A stretch of 64,000 bases of DNA, from the NCBI GenBank assembly GCA_050575255.1, contig JBNZDD010013730.1, forward strand, positions 8,338,012 through 8,402,011, read 5' to 3'. Shown piece by piece: positions 12,413-25,215 of the stretch (positions are counted from its first letter, which is position 1; every line of letters starts with the position of its first letter). Below the pieces are notes generated by a model. That model was not told where the DNA came from, searched no databases, and saw only the letters and a program-made list of their open reading frames with translations. The translations under genes were made by a program, and so were the position numbers. Origin of the DNA: Harriotta raleighana (Eukaryota).

Positions 12413-15400
12413 AAAAAGAGGATTGTTGGCTAGCACACCCCAGAACAGATTCCCATCTCTTTTTAAATAATAGTCTTACATTTGTAGGTATTTATGGATA
12501 CAATAGGGTGCTGCATTTGCCTACAAGTACATTTACTTCACAGCAAAAATCCTGTGCAGTGGCTTGAGACATTCCTACGATGTCATGGGGCACATATCAA
12601 ATGCAAGGCTTATTGTCTGATAAATTCAGTGACAATATAACATTAACATGGATATGCAGGATTAATACCTCATCTGAAGGACCTCACTCTGACAATGCAA
12701 CATGCCCCAACAATGCATGCGAGTGTGACCGCAGATTGTGAGCTCAAGATCTCAAGTGGACCTTCTGTTTACAATCACATTTTCTTCACTTAAAACTATG
12801 TAATTCTAGTAAGGAAACAGTGTGGGAGAGAAATACATTTTAACAGATATTGCACTGCCATCATCAATTCTAAAATTACACAGAAAAGTGGAAAGTAGTA
12901 TCTAATTAATCTAATTGTAATTTGGACAACTTGTTTACTACTGTATCTACTTTCACTGCACTGCTATCAGTGCTAACTCTGACTAGCCCATACACATCCT
13001 TTCAAACTCTATTGAGTATATCTTCAGACTGCAAGTGCCATGAGGCATGTTGTTTCTTTTGTCAAACTTGACTTTGGCTCAATTTTCCAAAAGAAATTAT
13101 TTATGATGAAAATTCTCAGATGGTAAAGCAGTCTCTCTCTCTGAAGCTCTGGGGCTTGTGTTAGCTCCAAGTTGACATGCCTGGCAATGAAAGATTGGAC
13201 TTGAGGCAATCATCTGTGGTCGACTCAGTAGTCTGGTCCGAGAGCCAGTTAGGGCCACAGTAATCCAGGGTATTGTTGATGATGGACTCATTAGACTATC
13301 TCAATAGCAGAATTGGAAGAAGTAGATCTATATTTTGGGCCTTTGTCCCCTCCATATAATTCTGGAAACCACAACCCCAACAGGTAGGGTGGTCCCATTT
13401 GGTCAAGCCATAGGAGGATAACTAATACTAGATAATAGTAGGCTATGGTTTTCACTAAATCTCGGGACATCCTCCCAAAGTGAAAGGCACTCTATCAATG
13501 TAATTTTGTTGTTGTTGTTACTGGTTCAATTCTAACAATCCTTGATTCTTGCCAGCTTGGAAATTTGCCTGGTCAGATAAACAGTGTGTATCCAATTGGG
13601 AGAGAGTAATCACTGCTTTCCATATCAACAGAAGCCTTACACATGTGAAACTTTCAGTCATTTAATCCAGAGACTTCTAAAACATGGTGATTGATTTCTG
13701 TGTGTGTGCCACAAGCAGCTAACTGAAAACAATGTAATTCATACATGATGGGGGTCTGATTTGAAAGCAACTGGATGCTGCAAAATGGAAAAAAACAGGG
13801 AGTATCTCATTGAAACCCAGTTCATGTCGATTTCTCTGCTGTGGAACTGACACACTTGATGAATATTCATCCAATCCAATCTAGGGCAATGATTCCACAA
13901 GCTGCTGCACAGATCCTCTGACCTACCAGGAAGCAACTCATTGGGTAGACATTTAGTGAAACTATTGCTTGCATCCTTGCATTTGATATAGTACTTTTCA
14001 CATCATATAATAATTGCATCATATAAAAAATATTTTTTTATCACTCAACAAGGGAGAGGACATCAACAACAGCAATGGAGCGTTCTAACCTCTCAAATTG
14101 TTTTGAATCAATTCAACTGTAAACCTAACTTGGGTGGGGGATGCAAGATCAATGTTCCACCAAATAATAATAATAATCCTTGCATTTTCATGCCTGCATC
14201 AATTACCTTTGTCTCCTTCCCACATATTCACTCCTAAGGGACATGGCATTCATTCCCCGGCAGACCCAAGAGGTCACAGAAGTTCTCATCCCCATGGGTG
14301 AGATTTCCTCATTCTTATGACAATACGAGAAGGTACTGCAAACAGAGGAGGAAATCCTCCCTATCCTCTGGACAAGAGGTGCTCTCATTGAAGGATCACA
14401 ATTTGTAGCTCAGTAATTGGACGAAGAGCAGCTTTCTGCCTTTTCTACACACACAGCTGTACCAAGTGTGCTCCTACATGGCACCAACTATATTCCCCAT
14501 CCGCCCCTTTAAGATTCGACTGTCAATGAGACAGGGCATTTTAATATTGTAAACAATTACTACTCTTTACAATAAAATCCTGTGCAGGGTTTTGAGATAT
14601 TTCGACAACATGTTAAGGAGCTACTCCCAAGCATTATTCTGATTATCATACACATCTTATATTTCCATTTGAAGTGGAATTGTATCTGTTTTAAAGTGAC
14701 ATCAGCTAGAATTTCTTCCTCTTTCGGATGAATCAGAAACATTCTCATTTTTTTGCAAGGGTGAATAATTCCCTCCCCATTGTTTTGGCTTTGAATTAAG
14801 AATTGATCCAATCCCGTCTGGTGCTTCAATTCAATTTATATTTAGCACACTAGGTGGCGGTCTAATCCATAGGTCATATATGATTAGCATATTAAGACAG
14901 ATTTCCTTTAATTAATTTAAACTTCCAGCTGTTTCAATTCATCATGTTTCTCACATCTACATGATCAATTCCTTTCCAGTGTTTAAAATAGGTGGGCTTC
15001 CTTTTTTTTCCCACCCCCCCCAGTGGATTCAGTCACTGTTCAAACTACCATCCTGAAATCTGAAATCCTTTTCACTGTCTCTACACCACTTTCATAAGTG
15101 AATAGATGGGCAGCTCAACACAGCCCAAGTGAACAAACATCTTACTTTCTGGCACAATTTGGCATAGATTCTAAACTATTATTAAAACTTATGATTAAAT
15201 GCCTTTATTAAAATCCTCATAAATATTAGGAACAGCTGAGATCACTGGTATGAACACAGACATACTCTACTTGTTCCAGCTGCTAAATGAAATTGGCACG
15301 CCTTGTTTCTAACTACAGTAATCAATAATTTCTGTTCGAGTTACAACTTCTTGATATAGGAAGATGGGAAAGCGAGTATTTTGGAAGGATAAGATCAAAT

Positions 15401-15444
15401 GAGCCAAAGGAACTTCATAATCCAGACCATTATTATGATCTTGG

Positions 15445-15615
15445 ATTCTTCAATCCATGACTGTTTGTGGCAGTGCCAAGTGCTGTGCGCAATTGGCTTC
15501 TGTGTTTCGCCCACAAATATACAGTCAATTTACTTTACAAGTACATTCTGTGAAGCACTTTGAGACATCTAGAAGATGTGAAAAGCGCTATATCAAATGC
15601 ATGGATTATTATTAT
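15445..15615 (+). mobile_element. SINE 3' fragment
   Basis: Matches the family body and tail. Confidence 0.82.
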
Positions 15616-17384
15616 CAAAATTATTTGTGCAAAACATGTTATAATTTATTTCCAATTTTTCCAGCTAAGATTTTATATGAATATTGTAATTTAACATTGT
15701 TGCGATTTTAGTCATCATAGATAGTGTTTCACAACTGAGGTATTTCTCTTTGTACAGGAAGGAATTATTGGATAAAGGAAATAAACTGCAGATGAATACA
15801 ATTTTAAATCCATTCACTGTTCACCAGTGAGGAAGGATAGTTTTTCCTTGTAAAGCAATGACAAGTAGTGAAGGTGTACACAGCTAATTATTTTAATTAT
15901 TTTAAAGTGTAAAAGCAATAAGACCATCTGGAGACACATAAAGGTTAAAGAAATTGCCTTGTAGAATATTTGGTTAATCTGATGAATTGGTAAAATACAC
16001 TTCAGCAAATTGCAATAGCTCATCACTGTGTGGAGCAGTAATTTTGTGAGTTGGATAAGAAGACAGCCAAATTGTGCCAACAGCCTTCCCTAGCATTCCA
16101 GCTGTTTCGAGGTAAGATATTTTCCTGATGCTTTGAGAAATGCAGAACTATGACAGCTCTATGTATTCTTTCTGTATGTGAAGCCATCTCTAGTCAAGAT
16201 GGGTTGCTTAAAATTATCTCTGCGTGTCAGTTGGATTTTTTCTTTGAAATCAGTACTCAGCATCCAAATAATTTATTCTGTGGAACAACAATGTAAGCTC
16301 AAACTCAAATATACACAAGAAGGAAGGGTTATTGCTTTATTCCTCTAGTTGTGTTAATTGTAAGATTATGTACTGTACAGACTGAAACTTCAGAGTAGCT
16401 TAGACACCTTATACACTTGTATTTTTTACTCTCTGCATTGCACACTGTCCGATCAGACAGGTAAATCTTATTTGCAGTAACCATGCTTAAGACTGTGCAA
16501 ACCAGACTAACGGTTCTACATGTGAGTTCTGAGAGTTACCAGCATCGACTGTTTCAGCCAAATGGCCTATTTCCATGCTGTACATCTTTTGCACATCTGT
16601 ACATTCTTTGTAAATACATATGCCAACTACACATGGAAATTTCCCAGAGTCTGAAATAGAATGCGGACTCTTTCCTCAGAGGGATGCATCCTGCTTACCT
16701 AATTCTGGAGAGTATTAGGTATAGGTTAGTAGAGCAAAGGCTTGGGGATCAAGAGTGCGTGTTTGGGCAGTGCTGGAATTTAACCATCTCAAACTGCATA
16801 GCTTGCCATTGAGAGCACTATCTGGCAGGCTTCCCACTGCTCGTCCAGCTAGAACCATTCTACCCATGTGGGATTTGGTTTGCAGAGTTAAAAGGAACTG
16901 GATCAATGTTATAGCTGCAATGAACTCATAATATAAAGATTTATATTAATTCAATTATCAAAAGGCCAGGCACACTAGGAACTTTATTTTATTTTTTATA
17001 AAGGAAAAATATAGGACTAGGTCCTTCAATGACCTTGTCATTGTGTATTCAACTGAAAAGTACAACCATATGAACTTTTTATAGAGATTATTTATATATT
17101 AGGTCAGTAATTTAAAAAAATACTCACCACCCAGTCTGCTGATCAGGCTTTCTATCTGTACTGTATTCCCAAGGCAACAAGCAGACTCCTGACATTATTT
17201 ATCCCATAGTGGGAGCTGAAGCTGAGAAATAAATATTCAATGTCTACCAACAACCCCAGACATGTAGCAAAGAGAAGGGTATGGATCAGGAGGCTTGTGA
17301 TGACATTTTTGTAAAAAAAAAGTTATTTTTAGAAATAATTAACTTTAAAATTTATATAGGGAATATTTGTGAGAAGAACAATCG

Positions 17385-17560
17385 GTGACCTTCCACTCCA
17401 TGACATTTTGTGGACATTGTTGTGCACAAATCAGCTGTCAAGTTCATCTACAAATATTCACACTGCCTTTATACTCTTTACCGTATATTCTGAGAAGTAT
17501 TTTGAGATATCTTGATGATGTGATGACACTACACCAAATACAAGAATTATTATTATTATT
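17385..17560 (+). mobile_element. SINE 3' fragment (diverged)
   Basis: Matches the family body, with a (TAT)n tail. Confidence 0.7.
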
Positions 17561-19194
17561 CGTGTTAGTACAGTATAGTCATTAAAGAAACTTACAAATA
17601 AAACAATAGAAATGTACAGCTCTATTGGAACGAGAAAGAGAGGCTTATGTAATACTGTAGCATACCTTGAAACTAGCAATTGAGTCACACATGTGATGCT
17701 CAATTGATTAACTCATTCACATAAAAAAAACGTAGTTATTCCTGGGTGAAGCACTTTGACACTACATCAAATGCAAAGATTTTTTTATCACCAGAAGTAT
17801 GGCACCTGGAGATATTCTTTTGGAGGAACAATTAATAGATGTAACCATTCTACCGACTGCAGAGACACTCCAAATATCCGCAGGGGATTAACCAAAAAGA
17901 TTTTGATTTAAAGTAAGAATGTGTACTTCATTTTCAAAAAAGAATACTCCAGTTAGCCCATGCTGGGTTCAGCACTGCACTCCATATGATACTTTTTATA
18001 GATCATTCCCCTCTCAGTGAAGACAGTAGGTTGAGTCGAACCATTGACTGAACTACAGTATTGGCACCTATTGCTATTGGCTCCACAAAATAATGGCTCA
18101 AGTGGACGTAATGTGAGTGCTATGGTAGCAGGGCATCATTTCTGAAAACAGCTCTCTTTTCTATAATAAGAAAAGTCTTGGCCACCACGACACACATTAT
18201 CTGCCTGGTATATAATTTTCAAGACTTGGGCTTTCAGAGAAACTGAAATTGAAGCAGCCTCCCACTTTCGGCTTACACAAGGTGCATTGTCCAGTATTTT
18301 CCAATTTGAAGAAAATGATTTCAATTACAAGCTATTTGGGACAATTGGTCAGAGATAACTGCAAATGTTTTCTACTCGGGCGCCTGTGATGACCTACGCA
18401 TGCCATCATCACACACATTGGAGACAATGTAACCTAGAAGACCTGGAAAATGTTGGTGTACCACATAGCTCATTTTATTGAAGCATGAATGGGACTCGAT
18501 CAGTGGCAATCTCATTAGACCTCACTATCTCAATAAATCAAGAATTAAATCAAGTGTTGGTCTCAAGTGAATCAAAGTAGTATACAATTCCAGAGAATTC
18601 GGCCTTGAAAGAATCCTCACCTAAAATGTTGTGCTTTTCACCATCGATTATTCATATATATCAGACCTATTACATTTTGGGCAGAAACTGTCATAATAGA
18701 TTAGCACGGAATCAGTGCACAATTATTGGTTGCGGATTGGACCGCAAGGTTTGGGGCAATATTTTACAGACTCAGTGTCAAGACTGGATTAGCAGTGCTC
18801 CCATACATCCCTACATTTACCCCCAAGAAATTACTTAAAAGTCTTGCAGAAGGCATAAAAAAGATAATAACTACCACACAAGTGGAAAATCCCAAGTCCT
18901 ATGGGCAAGTGTTTTGCCTTGGTATATTACAATTTTCTCGTTGAATTATTGGTACACAGTACATTTGTGCTGCAGTGAATGTTTCCCTTTGGACCTCTTC
19001 TTCATAGTCAAGGTTTTGCTCCAAAAGCAATTTTTGCTCCAAGTACATAACAAGTGGATTATTCACTGCGTGTTATTAACATTCCTGTGATTGTAATTCC
19101 CGGTTCAGAACCAAAATAGAGACAATAGATAATCAAGGCTAATGCTTCTTTGGTTGTGATTAATGTTCTGTTCACCAGGCTTATGAAGAATGGA

Positions 19195-19420
19195 ATATTT
19201 TCTTCCTTATACACTTAGTGTCAGTGTCAAGCACTCCCAGGTTAGTACATAATACATTGCATGCACGGTAAAACTAACTTCACACTGCCTCAAAATTGTG
19301 AATTATCCCCAGCCCCAGGAGAGCAGTTTCTAGAGCAGTAACTTGATATTTCCATTCCCCACACAAGCCAACCCTATGGCCTTGAGGAGTGACTCTGCCC
19401 CTTTGTGCTAAATTAAATTT
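19195..19420 (-). mobile_element. LF-SINE-like ancient SINE relic
   Basis: Colinear degenerate similarity to the recalled LF-SINE 3' half in reverse (cacactgcc...tgtg...ccccagcccc...ctatggcct...tgtgctaaatt). Confidence 0.4.
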
Positions 19421-20810
19421 GAGGCTTTATTTTTCCCTTGTACATTTCTTTCACAAATAACTGAGTTGAGATCGCCCCAAATTATTATATATTGCTTGCT
19501 TTTATGCCGTGTCCATGGAAATGCTCAATTCGAATTCATACGCATTAATTAACTCACATTTATAAAGTTAATTATGACACACCATTTGAAATAATTAACC
19601 TTTTTTTCTAAGTTCTAGCTGCTACTTAATTTCCACATGATTAATATAAAAAATTAACACGATAACACATTTATGAATTCAAAAATGAATTTGTCTCCCA
19701 GGTAATTCAGCTTTTGCTTGCCCAGTATAAGCTTAAAATCAGCTGTGTTCTTAACTAAGAAGGTTTTTTTGGCTTAAATTTGGAACTCGGTCCTTCTTAA
19801 GAAATGCATGAAAACTGGTTTTGTAAATAAAATTGAATTTTCTATAGTACTGCTCCATTACTAATTTTAAATATAATGTTCTTGAAGGTTAAGACTAGGT
19901 GGAATTTGGGATCTTATATATGAAATAAGCGAATCGATCAAGAACCGTGGTGTAATTCAATAATAACCCGGTCAACAAGTATTGACTGAAGCCTGAATCT
20001 CTTAATGTAAAATGGCCAGTCAGTGGGAAGTGAAAAAGATACGTCCAAAACCAAAGTAATACTAATTTGTGTTCTGAAATTTCAAAATACAGTACAATTT
20101 AGAATTGGCTGCTTTTTCTCCTTTGAGACTGTATGAACCTTATATACAAGACATTTGATTTGCGATCATTATGCATATGTGCTTTACATGTGATCGTACT
20201 GCTTTTGGTGATTATTGGTTGATCTGAACTGGTTCTATTTTTTGAGTGGTTAGTTTCATCTGGACTGATAGCTTTGATATTCTTCTTGCCATTCACTGTA
20301 ATGACTTCGGCAAAGTGTGCTAGTAATAAGAAAATCGCATAATAAGGACATATTATCAAAGTCATTCTCAGTTTGAAGGAAGAAGCATTTCGCCCAGTAT
20401 ATGTAATATATTTCTTCATTCATGTGTACGTGAATCTTCAAGGTTGTTAAGTGCTCTTCATTTGCTTTAGTGCTGTTTTAATACATTGAGATACCTTTCT
20501 GGTGGTTTCATGTTCCGATCTGTATTTATCTTAGTATTGGTTTAACTCTATGTCTCCATTTTCTTGGTACTGTAGATTAGATAATTGATTTGTCCTCCAG
20601 ACATGAAAGGTGCTATACAAATATAATTTTGTTGTTGCTGACAGATATTATGCAATCAGCTTCTACATGGTTTTGTGAGTGTGCTTGTTCAGTGCCTTGG
20701 GACATCCTCTTGATGTGAAAAGCGCTATATAAGTGTAATTTTGTTGTTGTTGTTTTTGTTTTCTAAGAGAGTGAGAGGAAGAAATCAAGGAACGAAGAAA
20801 GGAATGGATG

Positions 20811-20861
20811 GGGGAGGGAGGGAGGGAGGGAAGGAAGGAAGGAAGGAAAGAAGGAAGGAAG
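20811..20861. repeat. (GGGA)n(GGAA)n polypurine microsatellite
   Basis: Seen directly. Confidence 0.9.
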
Positions 20862-21303
20862 TGATCGATACAACATTTCTTCATAGAAATAAATACACAG
20901 ATTTTTAAGAAATTTCATCAGGAAATCTAATTTGCACTTGTCAATAATAATAATACTAATCCTTACATTTGATATAGTGCCTTATCACATCTTCAGGACA
21001 TTTCAAAGCGCTCACAGAATATACCATACAAATAAACACATATGTGCAGATTATTTATAGAGCAGTGATATTCTGTCACAGCAGTACTGATGGGTTATAT
21101 GAGCTGTACTTTAGTGCTAGCCTCCACATTGCATTGGGTAGTAAAATCATGCAAATTTAAAACATGTCATAATACTGTATAGCTATTCATCCCATATTAA
21201 ATCAAAATAGAAATCTCTTTGGATGGCTCATAAAGAACTACATAAAATATGTTACTACCACTGCTGGATCTATCACATCAAAGTCTGCAGTCCATTAAAG
21301 ATA

Positions 21304-21656
21304 CAGTAAAACCCCGTTTATCCGGCACCCTGGGGGGGGTGGACTAATTGACTGTGCCGGATAATCGGGCGGCAAGTTACCCAACATTAAAAGTTAACTT
21401 ATTTTAAAACATACCATGTTAATAATAGACTAAATAGTAACAGAATATTATATGGATACTTACCAATAAAGCATTCCAGCACACTCGGTAAAAAGATCGG
21501 TAAAAAGCCAAGTTTGTAAGTTTAATAAGTGCGGATGCGCACGTATTGCACACATGCGCACAGTGAGCAAACTCGCAATTGCTGGAATGGGCAATTGCCC
21601 CGGGAGGGGGTCGAGCGATCTGGTTGATCGGGTCATGGATAAACGGGGTTTTACTG
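21304..21656. mobile_element. Tc1/mariner-superfamily (pogo/Tigger-like) MITE, 353 bp
   Basis: Perfect 20-bp TIR CAGTAAAACCCCGTTTATCC ... GGATAAACGGGGTTTTACTG. TA on the left, TG on the right. Confidence 0.9.
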
Positions 21657-22019
21657 TGTTTTGACCTACAATTCTGGAATTATTCTATTCCAAGATTACA
21701 AGCATAACCTTCGAATAGAAACAAGGCAGCAGCAAACAGTTGGCAATCAATTGCTTAGACAATTGCTCCTGAAAATAAGTTAGGTATTTATTATGCAAAT
21801 CTTCTTATGCTGTACTGGTGCATGATTTGGAGAAAGGTTTATGAAATGATTTTGTTCTGCATTGAAATAGTTTTGCACTGTGCAGTATTCTGAGGCTTCA
21901 GGCAGATAATAGAAGGGGCAAACATAAACCAGTAATCCACCCTCAGTCCTTAAATGCTGTATTGTGCAGTAATCTATTCAAACTCAAAAGTACCATTTAT
22001 ATTAAGGAGATCAACATTA

Positions 22020-22372
22020 CAGTAAAACCTTCGTCATCCGGCACCCTCGGGACCTGCCTGGTGCTGGTTAATTAAATATGCCGGATATTCGAGCGGCAAG
22101 TTGCCAAAAATTCTACACAAAAAATTAACTTGTTTTAAAACATACCATATTAATGATAGATTAAATAATGACAGAATATTGTAAGGATACTTACCAAGAA
22201 AGCATTCCAGCACAGTCGGTAAAATGATCGGTAAAAAAGCATTTCAGCGTTCGGTAAGTAATAAGTTTAATAAGTGTGATGCGATGCGCAAAGTGAGCAT
22301 ACCACGAGTGTCCCGGATCTGATTGGTTGAGTATGCCGGTTGGTTGGGTACTGGATAAACAAGGTTTTATTG
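22020..22372. mobile_element. Second copy of the same MITE, 353 bp
   Basis: TA-CAGTAAAACCTTCGTCATCC ... GGATAAACAAGGTTTTATTG-TA. Internal sequence is homologous to 21304-21656. Confidence 0.88.
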
Positions 22373-23798
22373 TATATACAAAAGGTAATCAGTTTATTAG
22401 GTTGCCTTTTAATTACTTAATTTTACACTGAGTCCTGAACATTTAATAACATTTCTGATCAAAGAGAAGGGAGGCTTTATTTAAATTCTCTACATTTTCT
22501 AAATTTAAATCTCATACTAATAAAAAGTGTCATTGAGAATTTGCCATATATTTTGTAATACAATATAATTTCCATGTATCTACTTCTTTCACATTGGGAG
22601 TTATTTTAGAACTATAAATATCCAGCTTCAATGTTAAGAATCTAACAATTGTTCGGAAACTCTAAGAAAACGCAGTAACTTTTAGACTAGGTTGAATTTC
22701 TCTAAAAATATGTCTTCGGAAAGAATTATCCCTCAAGAAATCATTCAAAACAAATTTACATTTAAAGTTTTTGATCAAATAAAATCAGTCAGCATATTCC
22801 CCTGTTTTTTTTAGTAAACTCTCTCTCAGCCACAGAGTGGTCAGAAATTCCAAGAAAATCTATAAGCTTTCATTTCTAGGTGTCAGTTTCGGAATAGCAA
22901 TCCATTTTTGGTTTATTTTAATAATAATTCTGGTCTGATCCAACGGCCTTTGAATTCTTTGTCTTTGATATTTTCACTAGTCATATCTAATTTTTTGCAT
23001 TGGACTTCAATGGCTTTCATCTTTTGTTTTGTGTCGAGTTTTACAATTGAACTACCACAAGCAGAGGTTTGGATGGATCCAACAGAGGCCACAAAAGGAT
23101 AGATAGTCCTTTGGACTGTGCTAGGCCAAACAAATGGAAACATTGGCAGTGTTGATTTCATTTGGCTGGGAAATCAGAGTCAGAAGACCATCAGGCAATG
23201 TGAACAGCATAACCCTTTGCATAACCCATTATTTGGTTGATATTTTCTCCCCCTCTCAAATAAATTATCAACATATTTGGTTTGGCATGAGATTTATTAG
23301 CAACATGTGTGTGAGAATACAGATAAGTCATGATCATGTAATACGAATGCCTTTTTGACACTAAGCAGACAATGTTGCAGTATTGTAGTATTCAAACCTC
23401 GAAGGACCTATTGCAAGATGTGCATTTCTGGGGGATCTCCCAACATAACTAGAAAAGAGCAAAGTTTTCCAATTCTTTAAAAACCTCCAATTCCATTGCC
23501 AGGCTTGAAAGAAGATCAATTCCAGTTTGAACATTTCCCAATGGAAAAGCATAACACAAAAATACATCAACGCCATGACTGTTTTAATGCTTTGAGAATG
23601 CCAGTAGAATTTCTGCAAACAAAAGTGCCAGGTGATATACAATAAAAATTTTCAATCAAATATCTCATGATTCAACAGCAACAAAATTACATTTGTCTAA
23701 CCCCTTTCACTTCAGGACAATGTTCCAAGGCACTGGACAGACAGCATCAAGTGATCCAAGGGTGCAATATGTTGATATAGCATAGCATATCGAAACTT

Positions 23799-24164
23799 GT
23801 GGAGCTCCTGTAGCTCAGTGGTTAGCGCACTCGCCTTACAAGTGTGAGACCTGTGTTCGAATCCAGGCAGATCAGGGTGCAAAAAAACCACAAAATACTA
23901 CAGATCATGGTGAAACCTTGGGTAAGTTTCACATGCCTAATAATGCATTAGGCATGCCTAATAATAATCGCTCCAAAATAAACACAATAATAAAATTGGT
24001 CATTTCAGTCCACAACTGTCTGTGGGACATTGCTGCCGCATTTTGTCCACAAATATACAGTCAGTTCACTTTATAGTATTTTCTGTGAACGGCTTTGAGA
24101 TATCTATAAGAAGTGAAATGCGCTATATCAAATGCAAGGATTATTATTACAGTATTATTATTAT
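23799..24164 (+). mobile_element. Full-length tRNA-derived SINE with L2-type (TAT)n tail
   Basis: A box TAGCTCAGTGG (23811-23821), B box GTTCGAATCC (23855-23864), 3' end ...cgctatatcaaatgcaaggattattatta. Confidence 0.92.
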
Positions 24165-24676
24165 CCATCATTATGGTGAACTCCCAACCTCAGCTACCAA
24201 CTGCACAGACCAGTTAGTATTTTGTTCAGGAACTTCTGCCACATTGCTTTTTCTTGGCTTGCTTGGACAGCTATCCTTCAACTGCTTTCCCAAAAAGTGT
24301 CAACTAGTTGTATGATTGACTTGCAAATAAGGATCTTCCATCATCTTTCCTTCAGGATTGCTTTTCAGTAATTGCGCAGTACAGTGATTTGGATCAGTCC
24401 ACATCAGCAGTGTGGGAATGAAGAAGCGAAAATGTTATTCCCTGAACAATATTTCAATTTATCCCCCTCACCAAACTACTGCCCATTTTCTGAGTTCTTT
24501 GTCCTTTTCCCCCAGAGACACAGTTTCATGGGTGCAACGTGATCTCCAATATCATGAACAAGCAGTCAACTACTTTTGTATGAACAGGTACTTTGACAGT
24601 GAGTTCAGCAGATGATCTGACCATGGGAAGGTAATGGAGAAAAATATTTGTTACAGTAGATGACTGTATAAAGCAA

Positions 24677-24716
24677 GAGAGAGAGAAGGTTAGAGAGAGA
24701 GAGAGAGAGAGAGAGA
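24677..24716. repeat. Interrupted (GA)n microsatellite
   Basis: Seen directly. Confidence 0.9.
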
Positions 24717-24859
24717 AAAAGGGAAATAACATTTTTCAGAATCCCTATAGCTGGTACGATTTGTAACCCTCATGGCAATTCCTCATTTATGATAAACTAG
24801 CACTGCCGTGTGGAAGAATAAGATTACTGCAGGGTTAGGTTTGGTTGAATTTAATGTGG

Positions 24860-25215
24860 GGTAACTGACCATGCCTCTGATCTAGGATGACCCTCAGATG
24901 TAGTACTGGGGGAGTACCACATTGTCAGAGGTGCGGTCTTGCAGTTGAGATGTTAAACTGAGCTCCCGCTTGCTTGTTAAAAATCCCATGCATTATTTGA
25001 AAAGAGACGGGCGTTTAGTCGGATATCCTTGACAGTTATCCCCCAGATAAGTATTAGAATTAGTCATTCACTTCACAGCTGTTTGGTGGGCACTTTTATA
25101 CATAAACTGTCCGTCCCATTTGCTTGCAAATGCACTACAAATCTTTGTGAAGTGCTTGAAATTATAAAGGTGTTTTGATGTGATATGGTGTTACATCAAA
25201 TGCAACAATTATTGT
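24860..25215 (+). mobile_element. Deu-domain SINE relic (SacSINE1/AmnSINE1-like)
   Basis: gtagtactgggggagtaccacattgtcagaggtgcggtc...gagatgttaaactgag...aaaatcccatgcattatttgaa resembles the recalled Deu core. Related pieces at ~10510-10615(-), 12655-12760(-), 48785-48990(-) and 63838-64000(+). Confidence 0.72.

Noticed and set aside
14203-14829. Two - strand ORFs suggesting an intergenic gene
   Set aside because: No recognisable domain or consistent exon chain.
20099-20570. 106-aa - strand ORF with a hydrophobic stretch and an upstream GDIELNQ (2A-like) motif
   Set aside because: It lacks the required NPGP, stops intervene, and there is no recognisable domain or splice structure.
23799-23870. 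tRNA-Val(TAC)-like gene (also 53562-53640)
   Set aside because: It runs straight into the SINE body with no proper acceptor stem or T-run terminator, so it is a SINE head.
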